A stretch of 64,000 nt of DNA. Source: an uncultured Pseudomonadales bacterium. Its GTDB lineage: Bacteria; Patescibacteriota; Microgenomatia; UBA1400; MFAQ01. The position numbers and the translations under genes were made by a program. Each line of letters opens with the position of its first letter. Position 1 is the stretch's first letter. The DNA lies in assembly GCA_964513845.1 (NCBI GenBank), contig CAZENT010000005.1, forward strand, positions 41,590 through 105,589. The letters are read 5' to 3'. The notes under the pieces are model-generated. The model ran no database searches. It was not told the origin of the DNA and was given only the letters and a program-made list of their open reading frames with translations. Below, piece by piece: positions 9,638 through 20,473 of this stretch.

Positions 9638-9788
9638 GCCACAAAAAGGGGGCGAGAAAGGCGGAAACAGTTTCGTAACGAACCTGGTGAGCCGGGGTCG
9701 ACAAATTTTCGAAGAAAATATTGGTGACCGAGCCAATACTAGTTATTTTTTAAATATATTGCCATTCTTTTAATTTATAATCGAATTT

Positions 9789-10151
9789 ATGAATGATTCA
9801 ATTCCAGAAACAGGTGATGATCAACAAAGATTAAATAATGTAAAAGAAAAAAGTAGTAAGAAGGGAATATTTTCTCTTAGTGCTAAAGATCATTTAGTAT
9901 TGGGTTCTACTCCTCCTGAAGAATTGACTAAAGAACCTGATAAGGCTCTATATGAAACCATGACTGATGACCAAATTGAAGAATATTTAGAGCTTTTACT
10001 TGATTTTGTATATGACCCAAAATTTGTCAAAAATGGTGTTGCTAAAATTCAAATGAATGAATTTTTGACAGGACTTAGTTTTCTGGGAAGCGTTAACAGA
10101 TTGCCAAATAAATTTAAGGGTTTCGATCTTGACGAATTACCAAAATTATAA
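9789..10151 (+). CDS. hypothetical acidic protein
   Basis: A 120-aa ORF with no recognisable motif. It occupies otherwise empty space, so coding status is uncertain. Confidence 0.35.
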   Translation: MNDSIPETGDDQQRLNNVKEKSSKKGIFSLSAKDHLVLGSTPPEELTKEPDKALYETMTDDQIEEYLELLLDFVYDPKFVKNGVAKIQMNEFLTGLSFLGSVNRLPNKFKGFDLDELPKL

Positions 10152-10219
10152 AGGATTGTTCACATAAGACATACATTTGATTTGCTTGATATGGATTTGT
10201 TTTGTGTGCAAACACCCTC

Positions 10220-10252
10220 TTGACAACCATAAAAGAGTCTATAAGATGTAAT
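10220..10252 (+). promoter_or_regulatory. putative sigma70-like promoter for the LysM gene (possibly a leaderless transcript)
   Basis: TTGACA at 10220-10225 and TAAGAT/TATAAG at about 10240-10247. The ATG at 10254 follows immediately. Confidence 0.25.
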
Positions 10253-10253
10253 C

Positions 10254-10883
10254 ATGAGCAAAGGACAGAATGCATCAATAAGGATTAAAAAGATCCTGAA
10301 ATTTTTCAAGCTGAACGAGAACACTATAAGCACCGTGATGGGTGGAGTAGTCGTGGTGGTTATTGCTGGTTTGATTTTTAACTATTTCCGAACAGCGAAT
10401 CTTAAATCATGGCAAGGAACTCTTTTAACCGAACAAGAAGCAATGACAACTGTTAATAACGAGAGTAATGACAAAATTATTGCAACCTATACCGTGGCTA
10501 AGGGTGATGATCTCTGGCACATTTCCGAAAAGTTTTATCGCTCCGGATATAACTATGTGGACATCATGAAAGAAAATAAAATAACTGGAGCCGGAGTAAT
10601 TGTGGCTGGTCAGGAGCTAAAGATTCCCAAGGTAGAAGCTAAAAAAATTACCGTTGCTGAAACAAAAGAAAATGTTGTGGGTGCTGAAACAAAAACAGAT
10701 TCTACGATAACTGCTGGTGAGTACACCACTCAAAAAGGTGACTCTTACTGGAACATCGCCGTTCGCGCTTATGGAGATGGCTTCCAATGGACAAAAATAT
10801 ACTGGGCCAATAAAGCTGTGTTTGCAAACCCAGATGTGATTTTTGCCAATACCAAGATTACCATCCCCGCTCTTCAAAAGTAA
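10254..10883 (+). CDS. membrane-anchored protein with two LysM domains
   Basis: An N-terminal TM helix (GGVVVVVIAGLIF) and two LysM repeats (TYTVAKGDDLWHISEKF...ELKIP and EYTTQKGDSYWNIAVRAY...KITIP). Confidence 0.8.
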   Translation: MSKGQNASIRIKKILKFFKLNENTISTVMGGVVVVVIAGLIFNYFRTANLKSWQGTLLTEQEAMTTVNNESNDKIIATYTVAKGDDLWHISEKFYRSGYNYVDIMKENKITGAGVIVAGQELKIPKVEAKKITVAETKENVVGAETKTDSTITAGEYTTQKGDSYWNIAVRAYGDGFQWTKIYWANKAVFANPDVIFANTKITIPALQK

Positions 10884-10933
10884 ATTTAGGCACAAAAAAA
10901 CCGTGCCGGGAATTATCCAAGCACGGTATAGAG
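10884..10933 (-). terminator. rho-independent terminator, read on minus strand, after ORF 10934..11251
   Basis: On the minus strand a ccgtgc...gcacgg hairpin is followed by TTTTTTTGTG. Confidence 0.55.
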
Positions 10934-11251
10934 TTATGGCGCTGTTTCACTAAGATTATCGCTGGGATATTCCTTAAGTTCAAATACCCCAACATAGGTT
11001 TCTCCTCCGTCCGGAGTCGAAATTATTCCATCTTTTGACTGATACAAATGCCCGTTATATGAAATTTCTGCGTCGAATTGATAGACTTTGATGTTTTCGG
11101 CTAATTCAAGTTTTAAACGACAGTTTATTAACTCGTGAATGACAATTACTTCACCGCTGGTTGATCTGGTCAAAAGCGATTCTACAAGGAGTATTTTTAA
11201 AAAATCTCCTTTCGTGACAACGAATTTTATTTCTTTCCTAAGAAATCCCAT
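10934..11251 (-). CDS. hypothetical protein
   Basis: A 105-aa ORF followed by its own terminator. No recognisable domain. Confidence 0.45.
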   Translation of the reverse strand: MGFLRKEIKFVVTKGDFLKILLVESLLTRSTSGEVIVIHELINCRLKLELAENIKVYQFDAEISYNGHLYQSKDGIISTPDGGETYVGVFELKEYPSDNLSETAP

Positions 11252-11332
11252 ACATCCTCCTATTTTTAAAGTGTGCTGTATTTTAGCACTTTAGTCCAAG
11301 TTGAGGCCGTTTTCGGGTACAATACAGGTATC

Positions 11333-12541
<1,209 letters not shown>

Positions 12542-12684
12542 ATTCCGGGTCAAGCCCGGAATGACAAGAAATGAGATTGCCACGTCGCGATTACACATCT
12601 TCCGCCATAGGCGGACTTTCGCGCAATGACAGATTTTAGAAAAACAATCTGTCTGCAGGTCGAATAGATTGGGAGTGACAATTT

Positions 12685-13746
12685 TTAGATGATGAGCATA
12701 GCGTCGCCAAAACTAAAAAACTTGTACTCCTCTTTGACAGCTTCAGCGTATGCTTTTCCCATTAGACTTTCTTGGAAACTCGTGAGTTCTTCTTGGGTGT
12801 TTGGGGCAAGCGTGAGCGCTGTAACAAGCATCAAAAGACTGGTTGAGGGAAGATGAAAATTAGTGATTAACCCATCGACAAATTTAAACTTGTAGCCAGG
12901 CTGAATAAAGATTTTGGTTTCGCCTTGGCCCGGGTGAAGAGTTCCATCTTTGTCTGAGAGAGTTTCGAGCAAACGACAAGAAGTAGTACCCACGGCAATT
13001 ATTTTTTTGCCTATGTTTTTGGCCTCATTTAATCTATTGGCCACTTCTTCACTGAGAAAAAATGTTTCCGAGTGAAGAGTATTGGTGGCAACTTGTTCAT
13101 CAGTTACCGGTTTGAAAGTACCCAAACCAACATGAAGAGTAATTTTTTCAATTTGAATTCCCTTCTCGGATAAATTGTTGAGTAAATTCTCAGTAAAGTG
13201 CAAACCCGCCGTGGGGGCGGCAGCACTCCCCTTTTCTCTTGCATACACGGTTTGATATTGTTGTCTTAAATTTATTTCTTTTTCCCGAGAGTGAATATAT
13301 GGAGGGAGAGGCGTTTTTCCCTCTTTATCAATCTTTTCTATTAGGTCAATTCCGGAAAAATTGAATTTTATGTTTACTTCGCCATCATCTTCAATTGAGG
13401 AGACCTCACCATTAAAATCTTCAGAAATGATTATTTTTGTTCCAGGATTGACCTTTCCTCTGACCAAACAGCGATATGTATCAATGCCGGTTTGTTTTAG
13501 AAGTAAAACTTCTAACTTGCCTCCAGTATCTTTGTGACCAAAAAGCCTTGCTGGAAATACTTTGGTGTCATTAAGGACTAAAACTGTGTTTTTGTCTAAG
13601 ATATCGACCAAATTTGAAAAAACGTGATGATAAATTTGTTTGTTTTGACGATTAACGACTAACAGTCGACAACTATCGCGAGGCTCGATGGCCTTTTGAC
13701 CAATTAATTTTTCCGGAAGGTCGTAACTAAAATCTGTAAGATGCAT
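12685..13746 (-). CDS. queA: S-adenosylmethionine:tRNA ribosyltransferase-isomerase
   Basis: QueA-like N-terminus MHLTDFSYDLPEKLIGQKAIEPRDSCRLLVV...NDTKVFPARL and a 353-aa length. Confidence 0.8.
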   Translation of the reverse strand: MHLTDFSYDLPEKLIGQKAIEPRDSCRLLVVNRQNKQIYHHVFSNLVDILDKNTVLVLNDTKVFPARLFGHKDTGGKLEVLLLKQTGIDTYRCLVRGKVNPGTKIIISEDFNGEVSSIEDDGEVNIKFNFSGIDLIEKIDKEGKTPLPPYIHSREKEINLRQQYQTVYAREKGSAAAPTAGLHFTENLLNNLSEKGIQIEKITLHVGLGTFKPVTDEQVATNTLHSETFFLSEEVANRLNEAKNIGKKIIAVGTTSCRLLETLSDKDGTLHPGQGETKIFIQPGYKFKFVDGLITNFHLPSTSLLMLVTALTLAPNTQEELTSFQESLMGKAYAEAVKEEYKFFSFGDAMLII

Positions 13747-13755
13747 GGGTCTATT

Positions 13756-14529
13756 TTACCCCGTATGGTCTATTTTCCACTTAGCAACTGTTTCTACCGA
13801 TGACCTGCGATAAGCACAGTACTCACAACCGGAGTCTGCACTGGGAATTTCATTGCTTACGAGTGTTTTCCTCATGCTCAAAAGAGTTTTCCCCACCCAC
13901 GAATCATCACCTTTGTGAGTAAGTATTGTCATTTCGAACTCGAGCTTCCCATCAAATTTAGGCAGATTTTTCTTGGCGTTGGCATAGACAAAATAGCCTG
14001 TGTCCGATACTGGGAAACCTAGCTTTCTGAATATCCACTGATAGACTTCCATTTGGCGTTTGTAGGCTTTTTTCCATTCATCATCCAGAGAAACCTCTTT
14101 GGCGGAGCTGGTGGATTTGTAATCAACAACAATAATTTCTCCTTTGGGGTTTATCCACAGATCATCAACCAGACCATTGACCAAGATATTTGATTTTTCA
14201 TCGAGAGCCAGAGCGCCTTCGTAAGCAGTGACTTCTCCTCGCCAGCGAGGAAGATCTTTGTGCTGAAGCGGAACAGCATCAATCTTGTACTTTTTCATGA
14301 GTTCATGAGCCTTGCCGTCTTTGCGAAGAAGATCAAATTCATTTTTAAGCAAATTATCCACAGCTGAGTTTAGAGTATATGGAGGCGTACTGGGGCGAGA
14401 GATGCCAAGTCGAACATCCATGTAGAAACAACGGGGGCATTGAGTAAAAAGTTCAATCTTCGAACGACTTAATTTAATTGGGTCAGAAGATCCGGGGTCA
14501 AAAATGTTTTTGGTTTTGCGATAGTACAT
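13756..14529 (-). CDS. Cas4-like PD-(D/E)XK nuclease with 2+2 cysteine cluster
   Basis: N-terminal CPRC, RecB motifs D...VVDYK and QMEVYQ, and a C-terminal CEYC. Confidence 0.7.
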   Translation of the reverse strand: MYYRKTKNIFDPGSSDPIKLSRSKIELFTQCPRCFYMDVRLGISRPSTPPYTLNSAVDNLLKNEFDLLRKDGKAHELMKKYKIDAVPLQHKDLPRWRGEVTAYEGALALDEKSNILVNGLVDDLWINPKGEIIVVDYKSTSSAKEVSLDDEWKKAYKRQMEVYQWIFRKLGFPVSDTGYFVYANAKKNLPKFDGKLEFEMTILTHKGDDSWVGKTLLSMRKTLVSNEIPSADSGCEYCAYRRSSVETVAKWKIDHTG

Positions 14530-14625
14530 AACATCACCATGCTAACACGATTTTTTAGTTGAGGTAGAATTATTCTGTATACATAAAGATCGTCTAATTA
14601 TTGGTGTGAATTATGAACTGAAAAA

Positions 14626-16035
14626 ATGACTGAAGCGAGATTAACGAAAATAGTTGCCACTCTTGGGCCTGCCAGTGATTCTCTGGAAACAATTGAGAAA
14701 TTAATTGAGGCCGGAGTGAATGTGTTTCGTTTTAATACTAAACACGGAACAACGGAGTGGCATGAAGAAAGAATTGGTAGGGTGCAGACTGTGGCTTCAA
14801 AACTGGGAGTGGATGTGGGAATCTTAATTGATTTACAAGGACCTGAGATTCGCTTAATAACAGTTGATAAACTACCTTATCCTGTGGAGAAGAACCAAAT
14901 TGTAAAGATTACGCCATCTTTTATTCCAGGTGTTGATTCTATTTGTATTCCGCATGATTTAGTGTTTAAGACTGTAAAAAGGGGTGATCAAATACTGATT
15001 GACGATGGGGCAATTGAGTTAATTGTGAAAAATGTTAAAGATGGTTTGATAGAAGCTATAGCAACAGACGACGGCGATATTGGACATCGAAAAGGGGTTA
15101 ACTTTCCTGGGGTAAATATGAATCTACCTTCGTTGATTAAAGAAGACCTAAAGAAACTGGACATGGCCACCAACAAAAAAGTAGATTTTGTCGCCTTGTC
15201 TTTCTCCAGAACAAAAAATGATATCGAGATATTACGCAAACAAATGGAAAAAAGAAATATTAAGGCGATGATTGTGGCAAAAATTGAAAGTCTTCAGGCT
15301 TTGCAGAACATTGATGAGCTGATTGAGTCGACTGATGCAGTGATGGTGGCAAGAGGTGATTTAGGAATAGAAGTGCCATTCGAACAACTTGCTTTTTGGC
15401 AAAAAACGATTATCGCCAAGTGTAGAGTGGCCAACAAACCAGTAATTACGGCTACACAAATGCTGCAGTCGATGACTGGCAGCCCCAGGCCTACTCGAGC
15501 AGAAGCCACGGATGTAGCAAATGCAGTTTTGGACGGAACCGATGCTTTGATGCTTTCCGGTGAAACAGCCAGTGGAAAGTATCCAGTTAAAGCTGTTGCA
15601 GCCATGTCTAGAATTGCTCGATACAACGAACAAATTATTCAAGATATTGACTTTGAAATTGAACCAAGAAATGAAACGGATATCATCATTAATTCCACCA
15701 AAGAACTACTTAATCAATCAATTATCAAAATAAAATTGATCCTCGTTTTCACCAGATCCGGATTAACTGCCAAATCAATTTCCCGATTACGCCCCAAGGT
15801 GCCAATTATTGCCCTTACCTCACACCAGAAGACAGTCGAAGAACTTACTCTTTCTTATGGGGTTAAAGGAATCAAAACAGAGGTTCACACGGGTGAGTTC
15901 TCTTTGAAAAATCCTGCAATAAATAATCTAATCAAAACTCGAGAACTGACCAAGGGGGATGTAATCGTGGTTATCCATGGACAAAATTACTACAAAGAAG
16001 GCTCTACAAACGCTGTCGCTCTGCTCAAAATCTAA
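14626..16035 (+). CDS. pyk: pyruvate kinase
   Basis: Pyruvate-kinase N-terminus TKIVATLGPAS...GVNVFRFNTKHG and the active-site region MVARGDLGIEVP. Confidence 0.9.
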   Translation: MTEARLTKIVATLGPASDSLETIEKLIEAGVNVFRFNTKHGTTEWHEERIGRVQTVASKLGVDVGILIDLQGPEIRLITVDKLPYPVEKNQIVKITPSFIPGVDSICIPHDLVFKTVKRGDQILIDDGAIELIVKNVKDGLIEAIATDDGDIGHRKGVNFPGVNMNLPSLIKEDLKKLDMATNKKVDFVALSFSRTKNDIEILRKQMEKRNIKAMIVAKIESLQALQNIDELIESTDAVMVARGDLGIEVPFEQLAFWQKTIIAKCRVANKPVITATQMLQSMTGSPRPTRAEATDVANAVLDGTDALMLSGETASGKYPVKAVAAMSRIARYNEQIIQDIDFEIEPRNETDIIINSTKELLNQSIIKIKLILVFTRSGLTAKSISRLRPKVPIIALTSHQKTVEELTLSYGVKGIKTEVHTGEFSLKNPAINNLIKTRELTKGDVIVVIHGQNYYKEGSTNAVALLKI

Positions 16036-17120
16036 GCATCCAGCAAATCCAAACCCTTCACTGATGGCAAAGACTGACCGGCAACCCCCTGAATACTGCC
16101 ATAGATTCCGGCAGTGCTGATCATAATTCTTTCTGCCTGAGCCTCTCTTTCCTTCCAGAGTTTTTCGAAAGCAGTACGTTCTTTTTGGATCTGTGTATGC
16201 ATGTTTTGATGGACTTCAATGATGCTTTGAATTTGCTGAACAAAGGCATCACTGGTGAGATAGGAATATATCATGTCGGCTTTGGTGCCCCGATCGTTGC
16301 CGTTGTGTTTTTCTCTGGCTACATCGATCAAATTTTTTCTCAGAATCTCAGCTAAGGGCTGAGTGAATGCCGGCTCGGTTACCCAAACTCCTTCATAAAA
16401 ACCGAATCCAGTTTTGATGGCTTTGGGTAAAACGGTGGTAACAATGACCGGAATGTTGGCTTTGGAAGCACGAAGATCGTCTTTGAGCTTGGTGGCCCAG
16501 TCGTCGACCCAAGCTTTGGTTCGTTTTGACTCCCAAAGAATTACTCCACAAACAGTTCCCAGACTGGTTTTGACTACTTGGCTAACATCGGCACCTCTTA
16601 CCCCCTTACCAACTGGATTAATCTCATCCAGGGGAAAGGCCCTGGTCAGATAGTCTTCCAAATCAAGCTCTTGTACTTCTCCCTGGAGCTGTTGAGACCC
16701 CTGATTGGCCTTGAGCTGAGCATCTTCAAGAGCTTTTTTCAAATCCCCGATCATTTTCTCTTTTTCCATGTCTTTTAGCCGATGTGCATCACTCGCTTCG
16801 AGCAAGGTTTGCTGGCGAATTTTGTTTCTTTCTTCATCTATCTGTCTTTGTTTGTCTAACTCAAAAGACCTTTTCTCATCTTCCAGTTTTGATTTTTCTT
16901 TTCGAATGATCAACTCTGCCTCCATGGCTTCTTTAAGTTTGGCATTTTTTTGCTTTAGCTCTTCCTCAAGAATTTTGGTTTTTTCGGAAGACTCTTCGGC
17001 ATATTTAGCTTTGAATTTTTCTGAAAGCTCTTTTTCTAAATCTGCTTTTATTGTCTGACTGAGGGCCTCGGTGATTTCGATAGTTTCTCCGCAGTTGGGA
17101 CATTTAATGTTATTTGCCAT
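16032..17120 (-). CDS. DUF2130-like protein with N-terminal zinc ribbon, long coiled coil and C-terminal PD-(D/E)XK-like domain
   Basis: IKCPNCGETIEI zinc ribbon, about 130 aa of K/E-rich coiled coil, and a C-terminal GADV...ILWESK (D...ExK) motif. Confidence 0.55.
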   Translation of the reverse strand: MANNIKCPNCGETIEITEALSQTIKADLEKELSEKFKAKYAEESSEKTKILEEELKQKNAKLKEAMEAELIIRKEKSKLEDEKRSFELDKQRQIDEERNKIRQQTLLEASDAHRLKDMEKEKMIGDLKKALEDAQLKANQGSQQLQGEVQELDLEDYLTRAFPLDEINPVGKGVRGADVSQVVKTSLGTVCGVILWESKRTKAWVDDWATKLKDDLRASKANIPVIVTTVLPKAIKTGFGFYEGVWVTEPAFTQPLAEILRKNLIDVAREKHNGNDRGTKADMIYSYLTSDAFVQQIQSIIEVHQNMHTQIQKERTAFEKLWKEREAQAERIMISTAGIYGSIQGVAGQSLPSVKGLDLLDA

Positions 17121-17159
17121 GTTTTGATTATATCCTCTGTCTACGATACAATTGTGCTT

Positions 17160-17363
17160 ATGAAAATTACTGTTGACCAGGACAAATGCATCGGCTGTAA
17201 TATGTGCGAGGATATTTCCGAAGGAGCCATGGGGACAAAGTTCGGCAAAGATGGAAAGGCCGGATTAAACCCTGAGGCAGATCTTACTGATCGAGTGGTT
17301 GTGGCGAATATCAAGCTCGCGGCAGAAACTTGCCCAATGCAAGCGATAAAAATTGAGGAATAA
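17160..17363 (+). CDS. small [4Fe-4S]/[3Fe-4S] ferredoxin
   Basis: CIGCNMC...CP cluster-binding pattern. Start moved to the ATG (MKITVDQDKC) rather than the upstream TTG used in the track. Confidence 0.7.
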   Translation: MKITVDQDKCIGCNMCEDISEGAMGTKFGKDGKAGLNPEADLTDRVVVANIKLAAETCPMQAIKIEE

Positions 17364-17364
17364 A

Positions 17365-17670
17365 CTAGTAACCTCTTAGCTTTCCTAAGTATTTTTGAAT
17401 TTGTCTTTTTGCCTTGTCTCTCACCCTAATGACACCATCGAGTAAAATTTTGTGAGTGTCTTTGATATTTATCGGACAACCGGGTAGATTCATATCAAAC
17501 TTGATTTCGTAACCTGAGCGAGATTTTTTTTCGACAGCGAGAGAGGCAACTTTGAGATCTTCTTGGTAATGTTTGAGGAATTTTCCTAAACCTGTTTCGA
17601 ACTTGGTTTCTATTCTCTTGCGAAGACGATCACTAATAGTCATCTTCTGAGGATTGAAGATTATGTTCAT
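17365..17670 (-). CDS. hpf: ribosome hibernation promoting factor / RaiA (short form)
   Basis: MNIIFNPQKMTISDRLRKRIETKFETGLGKFLKHYQ matches the HPF/YfiA N-terminus. 101 aa. Confidence 0.7.
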   Translation of the reverse strand: MNIIFNPQKMTISDRLRKRIETKFETGLGKFLKHYQEDLKVASLAVEKKSRSGYEIKFDMNLPGCPINIKDTHKILLDGVIRVRDKAKRQIQKYLGKLRGY

Positions 17671-17718
17671 ATATTTAAGTATAGCAACTTTAACCGATTT
17701 CTCTTATATACTAGTATT

Positions 17719-18645
17719 GTGAAGAAAGTTTTTATTCTCGTTTTTATTGTATTGGTTAGTTTATTGGGATATTACATTTTCAAAGACACGAATTTTAAAA
17801 GTCTCGTTTCAGACCTGTCTTCGCAGCGGATATACGTGCAACGGGACGGGAATGCAAATTTTGTGCCCGACTGGACCGCTGAAGAGTTGCTGGAAAAAAT
17901 AAATAAGGCACGAGAGGCTGAGGGGCTTTCCAAGTTAAAAGGAAACTCAAAACTTGATCAGTCCGCAAAAGCAAGATTATCGGTAATTTTGTCGGAAAAT
18001 GACGTTGATGGAATAATTACCGGACTCACTAGAGAAAAGGCGCTATCCAACGCAGACTATAAAGCAAATTTGATGGGTGATTTGATATTGGTTGGATTTT
18101 TTAAAACCAATGACCCAATCGCCTATTGGAATAATGACACAATCTCCAAAGAAACCCTGAACCATACCGACTTCAAAGACGTAGGTGTGGCAGTAAAGAA
18201 TAGCTCCGATCGAGTGGATGTTTACATTCTTCTGGCCTCACCTCAAAAAGTTGTCAGGCAAGCCGTTGCGCCTAGAATCACCTGGGGAGGAATTGAGTTA
18301 TGGGAGGCAGTAAATAAACGAAGAGTAGAGATGGGTGTTAACCCTTTGAAAAAAATGGACGAGTTGTGCACTATTGCGTCAATTAGACTTAATCAACTAT
18401 TGGAGCTTGGAAAACTAGATGGCCATGCGGGCTTTGTACCCGTGCTCGACAGAAGTGACTTAAAATGGATATCGGAAAAATACAGTATCAGCGAGTTTTT
18501 GATTCAGGGGTATCCAACCCCAGCTGAAGCGGTTTCGGCTTGGGAAAATACCATGGGTCACAGAGTGTTACTCTCAGGGGGTGAGTATGTTTGGGGTTGT
18601 GTGTATGCCCAAAATGCTTTTGGAGTCGCCATTGCAGCTTATTAG
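17719..18645 (+). CDS. secreted/membrane-anchored protein with two CAP (SCP/YkwD-like) domains
   Basis: An N-terminal TM helix and two repeats ending in CAP-like motifs (ETLNHTDFKDVGVAV, ENTMGHRVLLSGGEYVWGCVYAQNAFGVAIA). Confidence 0.55.
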   Translation: MKKVFILVFIVLVSLLGYYIFKDTNFKSLVSDLSSQRIYVQRDGNANFVPDWTAEELLEKINKAREAEGLSKLKGNSKLDQSAKARLSVILSENDVDGIITGLTREKALSNADYKANLMGDLILVGFFKTNDPIAYWNNDTISKETLNHTDFKDVGVAVKNSSDRVDVYILLASPQKVVRQAVAPRITWGGIELWEAVNKRRVEMGVNPLKKMDELCTIASIRLNQLLELGKLDGHAGFVPVLDRSDLKWISEKYSISEFLIQGYPTPAEAVSAWENTMGHRVLLSGGEYVWGCVYAQNAFGVAIAAY

Positions 18646-19514
18646 AGAATAATACTATCGAGCTCGTCTTCGACAACTTCCTCACGAGATAGAGTGTATA
18701 TATCTCTTTGACTGTTTGAATCAACCAGCTTGCCCTCTCCCTTGAGGATTTTTTCCATTGATCGGCAATGAATACAACCATCTCGCCCTTCATGACAGTC
18801 AAATTTTTCTAGTTTTCTAGCCAATTTAATTCTTCTGCCAATTTCGATAACTTGGCTATGAGCATCTTTTAGATCGGGTAAAGTTTTTGGGGTGAGATTG
18901 TCGTCTGTTTCTAGATACCAGTAACTAGCTTCTGTGACCGGTCTTTTTTGACAATGATGAACCAACAGATGATATATCGGAAGCTGAAGTGAGTCTTCCT
19001 CCTCTTTTTTCTTACCTGTTTTGAAATCAATGATGTGAACTGAGTCGGTGCTTTGATTGTACTCAAGCCAGTCGACTTTGCCACAAAGAACGATGTTCTC
19101 GTCTTCGGATATCCAGTAATGAGGAAGCTCTTGCTGAATTTTGACCGCTAACTTGGTGATAGGACCCGGATTGTCCATGACTCTTCTCAGCATGGCCTTA
19201 CCTCTCTCTTTGAACTTGTGTTCATCTTCGGCACTCGAAAAACCACCCTTTTCACCTGCAAATTTTTCCCAGACTCTGTCGAATTTTAAGACTAAAGATT
19301 CATCCATTCTGGATACTGTGGGAACACTCGTCAGTGAGTCTAAAACTTCATGCACCGCCTGACCAAGAGCCAGGGAAGGAGTCATGATCTGAATCTTATG
19401 GCCCGTAGAAGCGTCTTTGTATACGTTTTTTAGATAATAGGCTCGGGGGCATTTGAGATAGTCACTGATGGAAGTGTGGGAAATCCAAACTGCGGTGTAT
19501 TTATCTTTGGCCAT
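18642..19514 (-). CDS. Cas4-like PD-(D/E)XK nuclease with 1+3 cysteine Fe-S arrangement
   Basis: N-terminal CPRAYYL, IIDFKTGK (D-x-K), QLPIYHLL (QxxxY) and C-terminal CHEGRDGCIHC (C-x6-C-x2-C). Confidence 0.7.
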   Translation of the reverse strand: MAKDKYTAVWISHTSISDYLKCPRAYYLKNVYKDASTGHKIQIMTPSLALGQAVHEVLDSLTSVPTVSRMDESLVLKFDRVWEKFAGEKGGFSSAEDEHKFKERGKAMLRRVMDNPGPITKLAVKIQQELPHYWISEDENIVLCGKVDWLEYNQSTDSVHIIDFKTGKKKEEEDSLQLPIYHLLVHHCQKRPVTEASYWYLETDDNLTPKTLPDLKDAHSQVIEIGRRIKLARKLEKFDCHEGRDGCIHCRSMEKILKGEGKLVDSNSQRDIYTLSREEVVEDELDSIIL

Positions 19515-20139
19515 TATAGGAATTATAGAGCCTAATGGTGAAAATCAACCATAGAATTCCTAATAGATATCCACCAAGAACATCCGTCGCCCAGTGAGCA
19601 CCAAGATAGATCCTGGAAATGCCAATAGTGGCTATGCAAAGAATAAATACGATTGAGGAAATTATTCTTTTGAGATTTCTTTTGGGGTTGTTGAGCAACA
19701 AAAATAATAAGAAGCCGAAAAAGACGGTAAAGACTAAAACGTGATTGCTGGGGTAACTTTTGTCGGATAGCCACACCGACACATTCACGAGGTTTGCACT
19801 AGGTCTTGGTCTGTCGATAATCATTTTTATCAACGAACCAGATAGAGCACTGCCAGCGGAGGATAACAAACACAAAACACTTTCTATGCGGAGTTTAAAT
19901 AAGTATAGAGCTAAGCTAGTTAACCCTACCATTCCCACCATGATTGGTTGGTTGCCGATTGATGAAACGAACCACATGATTTTTGCAAACAGAAGAGAGT
20001 TGATGCTTTGGAATTTTTCGGTGATTAGAAGGTCAATCGTTAAATACGGAACAAACAAAGCCAAAAGGGTAACGATGGCAAAAAAGGCAATCACAAAATT
20101 TTGTCGGGTTAAAAGACTCTTTTTAGTTGTGCGTTTCAT
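19501..20139 (-). CDS. PAP2 family phosphatase (membrane)
   Basis: PAP2 motifs KxxxxxxRP (IDRPRP), PSNH and SRIYLGAHWATDVLGG. Confidence 0.8.
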   Translation of the reverse strand: MKRTTKKSLLTRQNFVIAFFAIVTLLALFVPYLTIDLLITEKFQSINSLLFAKIMWFVSSIGNQPIMVGMVGLTSLALYLFKLRIESVLCLLSSAGSALSGSLIKMIIDRPRPSANLVNVSVWLSDKSYPSNHVLVFTVFFGFLLFLLLNNPKRNLKRIISSIVFILCIATIGISRIYLGAHWATDVLGGYLLGILWLIFTIRLYNSYNGQR

Positions 20140-20471
20140 CCAATAGAAATTTTATCATTTATGCGAATTTGAAATTTATCGATAGTGTTTTCGGGCATTT
20201 CTATTACTGTGGAATATTTGGGGTGATATAGAAAAAAATAAAATGGCTTGAGGTGCTTTTTTAATTTCACGACATTTCCACTATTGTCGATAACCAAGAC
20301 GTCAATGGATTTAGTCATAAAAAATGTATGGATGCCAAAATGGGTGTGAAAAATCATGATGCGGGGATTTTGGGGATTAATTAAACCAAATAAACGATCG
20401 GTAAACGTGGAAGCAATTTTTGCTTTTCGAGTGATGACTTTTTTGGTTGTTAAATTTTTTAGAACAACCAT
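20136..20471 (-). CDS. DUF192 family protein
   Basis: ASTFTDRLFGLINP...IMIFHTHFG..IHTFFMTKSIDVLVIDNSGNVV matches the DUF192/COG1430 pattern. Confidence 0.5.
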   Translation of the reverse strand: MVVLKNLTTKKVITRKAKIASTFTDRLFGLINPQNPRIMIFHTHFGIHTFFMTKSIDVLVIDNSGNVVKLKKHLKPFYFFLYHPKYSTVIEMPENTIDKFQIRINDKISIG

Positions 20472-20473
20472 AC

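Noticed and set aside
9545-9736. 63-aa minus-strand ORF overlapping tRNA-Asp and its terminator
   Set aside because: It overlaps a confidently folded tRNA and its hairpin terminator, so it is a spurious reading frame.
9640-9788. GC-richer 150-bp stretch after the tRNA-Asp terminator (gggggcgagaaaggcgg...ggtgagccggggtcgac) as a possible ncRNA or tRNA fragment
   Set aside because: I could not fold it into a tRNA or match it to any known RNA family consensus. It is left unannotated.
17124-17159. TTG start for the ferredoxin ORF
   Set aside because: The upstream 12 codons are not ferredoxin-like and abut the divergent DUF2130 start. An ATG 36 nt downstream gives a canonical 67-aa ferredoxin.
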